A stretch of DNA of 48,450 nucleotides from Fonticula-like sp. SCN 57-25 (taxonomy: Eukaryota): contig MEDX01000679.1 of assembly GCA_001724245.1 (NCBI GenBank), positions 1 through 48,450 on the forward strand. Direction: 5' to 3'. Below are positions 46,201-48,450 of this stretch, in pieces. The position numbers and the translations under genes are program-made. Within the stretch, counting starts at the first letter, position 1. The number at the start of each line of letters is the position of its first letter. The notes under the pieces were generated by a model, which saw only the letters and a program-made list of their open reading frames with translations, ran no database searches and was not told the DNA's origin.

Positions 46201-47199
46201 TTGATCAGCGCAAAGGCGTCGTCGCCCAAAAGGTACAGGAAAACGACGTCCTCGCGGTTCTGCTCGATAGCAAAGTGCAGCGGGTACGAGGACTTTCTGC
46301 GGTAGATCTACGGAGAGAGCTTGTTAGACAGCCGCGAAAGTAGCCGCATTCGTACCTCGGCGAGGAGATTAGAGTCGAGAAGTGCGAGCGATTCTTGTGA
46401 AAGAGTGTCAAATTCATTGACAATAACCTCAAGAGCGCTCTTTCTCAGATCGTCGGCGTGCACGTCATCGGCGGCCTTGAGCAGCTGGGCGCAGTTGAGC
46501 CGCGTGATCATGCCCTTGAGCGCGCTCTGGGGACAAACACAGCGTTAGCTTGATCCCCAAAACACAGCACAACGCACCTCTGTGACGGTGAAAAGACGGC
46601 TGATCTTGAACTTGTGTGAAAGCAGCATGAGCCCCTTGACATAGTCGGCGTCGGTGCTGAGGGTGATCGCGTCCGTATACAGGAACTGGACCAGGTCTGT
46701 GGCCATCTCTACCGGCACGTTCTCGCCCAGCATAATAGACTGCGGCAACGCCTCCTCCTCTGTTCCCTCCTTCAGCATCGACTGGAAAATGGTCGAGCGA
46801 GCCGCCAGCACGAGGCGATGCGCGGGGATTGTCCGCCCCTCGGCGCACTCTAGCTTGATGTCGCTAAACTTGCCCGACTTTGCCAGCTGGGCACACGTGC
46901 GAGTGAGATCGCCCACAATGCCGCCCGACGTGGACGTCGGCGAAGCTCCTCCCGCATTCGTGGCGTCCACCGTACGCTGCAGGTTGGCCAGCGACTGCGT
47001 CAACTTGGCATACTTTTGCCGCAGAAGGGAGAGGTTCTTCGACAGGACGCGAACCTGCTGCTCGGCCGTCACACCGGGCGCTGAACGAGGTCAAAGTACG
47101 TCAATCGTCAGTATATATGACAAACATCAGCGCGTCAGAGCGCAGAGCAGAGCGCGTACGGATCTCGGCACTCGCGGCCGCATCAAAGTCGTCGCCCAT
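43228..47199 (-). CDS. ANKFY1: Rabankyrin-5 (coiled coil, BTB, ankyrin repeats, FYVE)
   Basis: LSLLRQKYAKL; BTB FSDIKL..IPAHRLVLAARS; many ankyrin repeats; C-terminal FYVE W..CQIC..F....RKHHCRHCGRIAC..C..VRLCGPC. Confidence 0.92.
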
Positions 47200-47410
47200 C
47201 GCGGCTTCGACACAAACAAGGTGACCTGCAACTGAAGTAGCCCGCGCGCACATGCTTGTCACAAGATTGCTCGCTGATAATAATCGCATGCGATTTTGTG
47301 GGAGCCTTGGAGAGTTGCTCCAGCCAATCACCGCCGCCGATTGATGCCTCTTTTGGATTCCTTCAGACGAAACGCTGCCCGCTTCGTTGATTCTCCTCAG
47401 CTGTTGAAAA

Positions 47411-48169
47411 ATGCGCGCTGTTGCGGTCATTGCGGCGGCCACTCTGGTCCTTGCCTTTGCGTCCTCTGCTAACGGTACGCTGCCTCTTTTCGCTTTGCCA
47501 TCTCTGCTAATTTTGCCTTTTTTGCTTTTCAGCCCAGTCGTGCAACAAGACGTGCGTGTCTGTGGAGACCTTTGAGACCAACACCAACCCCAAGCTCTGG
47601 GAGGGACCGACGAGTGGCTCGCTCGAATTCTGCAAGGATGTCATTACCTGGGCGTTCTGCCCGCAGAAGGTTGTCTATGACAACGTTACGTATGAGACCG
47701 CCAACCTCGACAACTTTGCCAAGGTGCGCTAGATCCATCTTTGCACGCCTCGCTCACGCCAATCTAGGCGTACTTTGAAGAGGGCATGAAGAACCACAAC
47801 AGCCAGTGCAACAGCGGCCTTGCCGGGAACCAGTGCCACACTTGCGAGGAGCACTTCAAGTAGTACGTTTCCGATCGGCCGATCCGCGCCATTTTCTCAC
47901 CTCTTTGCAGCTACTCGTGCGTCCTTGCCTTCCAGCCGTGCACGGAGAACACCAACAACCTGACGCCGGCCTGCAACACGGTGTGCTCGGCGGTCGTGAA
48001 GGCTTGCACCATTGCTGTCGGCCAGTGCACCCAGGAAACGACGCCGTTTTACATTTTGGCCCCGGGCGACTCGACGCAGAACTGCTCGGACGCCTCCAGC
48101 CTCGCCCCGGTGTCGGCCCTCGCCTTCATCGGCCTCGCTATCCATGCCATCCTCGCGCGCATGAACTAG
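47411..48169 (+). CDS. Small secreted, probably GPI-anchored cysteine-rich protein (frizzled-type CRD; Mid1/FAM155-like Cys pattern); 3 introns
   Basis: Signal peptide MRAVAVIAAATLVLAFA; C..CEEHFK|YYSCVLAFQPC..PACNTVCSAVVKAC; SDAS followed by a hydrophobic tail. Confidence 0.65.
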
Positions 48170-48360
48170 TCGCGCTGCTTGATGCAGCCGCGCCCTATCG
48201 ATTTATTTGTATAGCACCTTTTGTTAGTTTCGCTTTGCAGCCTGTTTTGTAGCTTGCTCGACATGGTTTCTTTTCTGTGCCCTATATCCTCCCGCTCGCC
48301 ATCTCTTTCATATCAGTTGTTGATGCGAATACATTTTATCGAGTGGTACACAAGGACCCT

Positions 48361-48450
48361 CTATATGATCTCGTCCAGTGAAGAGTCGCTGTCTTCTGGC
48401 TCCGAGTCAATGTTGCCGTCCGAGAATGGGTTGTCCCCGAGCCCCTCGTC
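48361..48450 (-). CDS. Probable 3' end of a gene extending beyond the window (acidic tail ..DSEPEDSDSSLDEII*)
   Basis: Open minus-strand frame from the window edge to a TAG at 48361-48363. Confidence 0.4.
   Translation of the reverse strand, partial: DEGLGDNPFSDGNIDSEPEDSDSSLDEII

Overview
Gene-dense, GC-rich eukaryotic DNA with about 20 protein genes in 48 kb. Introns are mostly 40-65 nt with GTRCG donors, CTRAY-type branch points and YAG acceptors. Gene content (intersectin, rabankyrin-5, calponin/transgelin, SREBP-like factor, reprolysin-type protease, G-alpha) suggests a unicellular opisthokont-like protist, but this is inference. Positions 1-5881 are an apparently intact DNA transposon. 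It has perfect 22-bp terminal inverted repeats, an 11-bp subterminal inverted repeat with asymmetric spacing (4 vs 16 bp), and a spliced ~1465-aa transposase with divergent P-element motifs and a very large insertion in the catalytic domain. Its right end also carries a cluster of intron signals on the opposite strand. The rest is host genes. Notable ones are ASCC2 with a predicted minor-spliceosome AT-AC intron, an SPX + succinylglutamate desuccinylase/aspartoacylase fusion, an SREBP-topology bHLH with an atypical basic region, and a 2H phosphoesterase whose N-terminal part the ORF track misses. All assignments come from motif recognition by eye; no searches were run.
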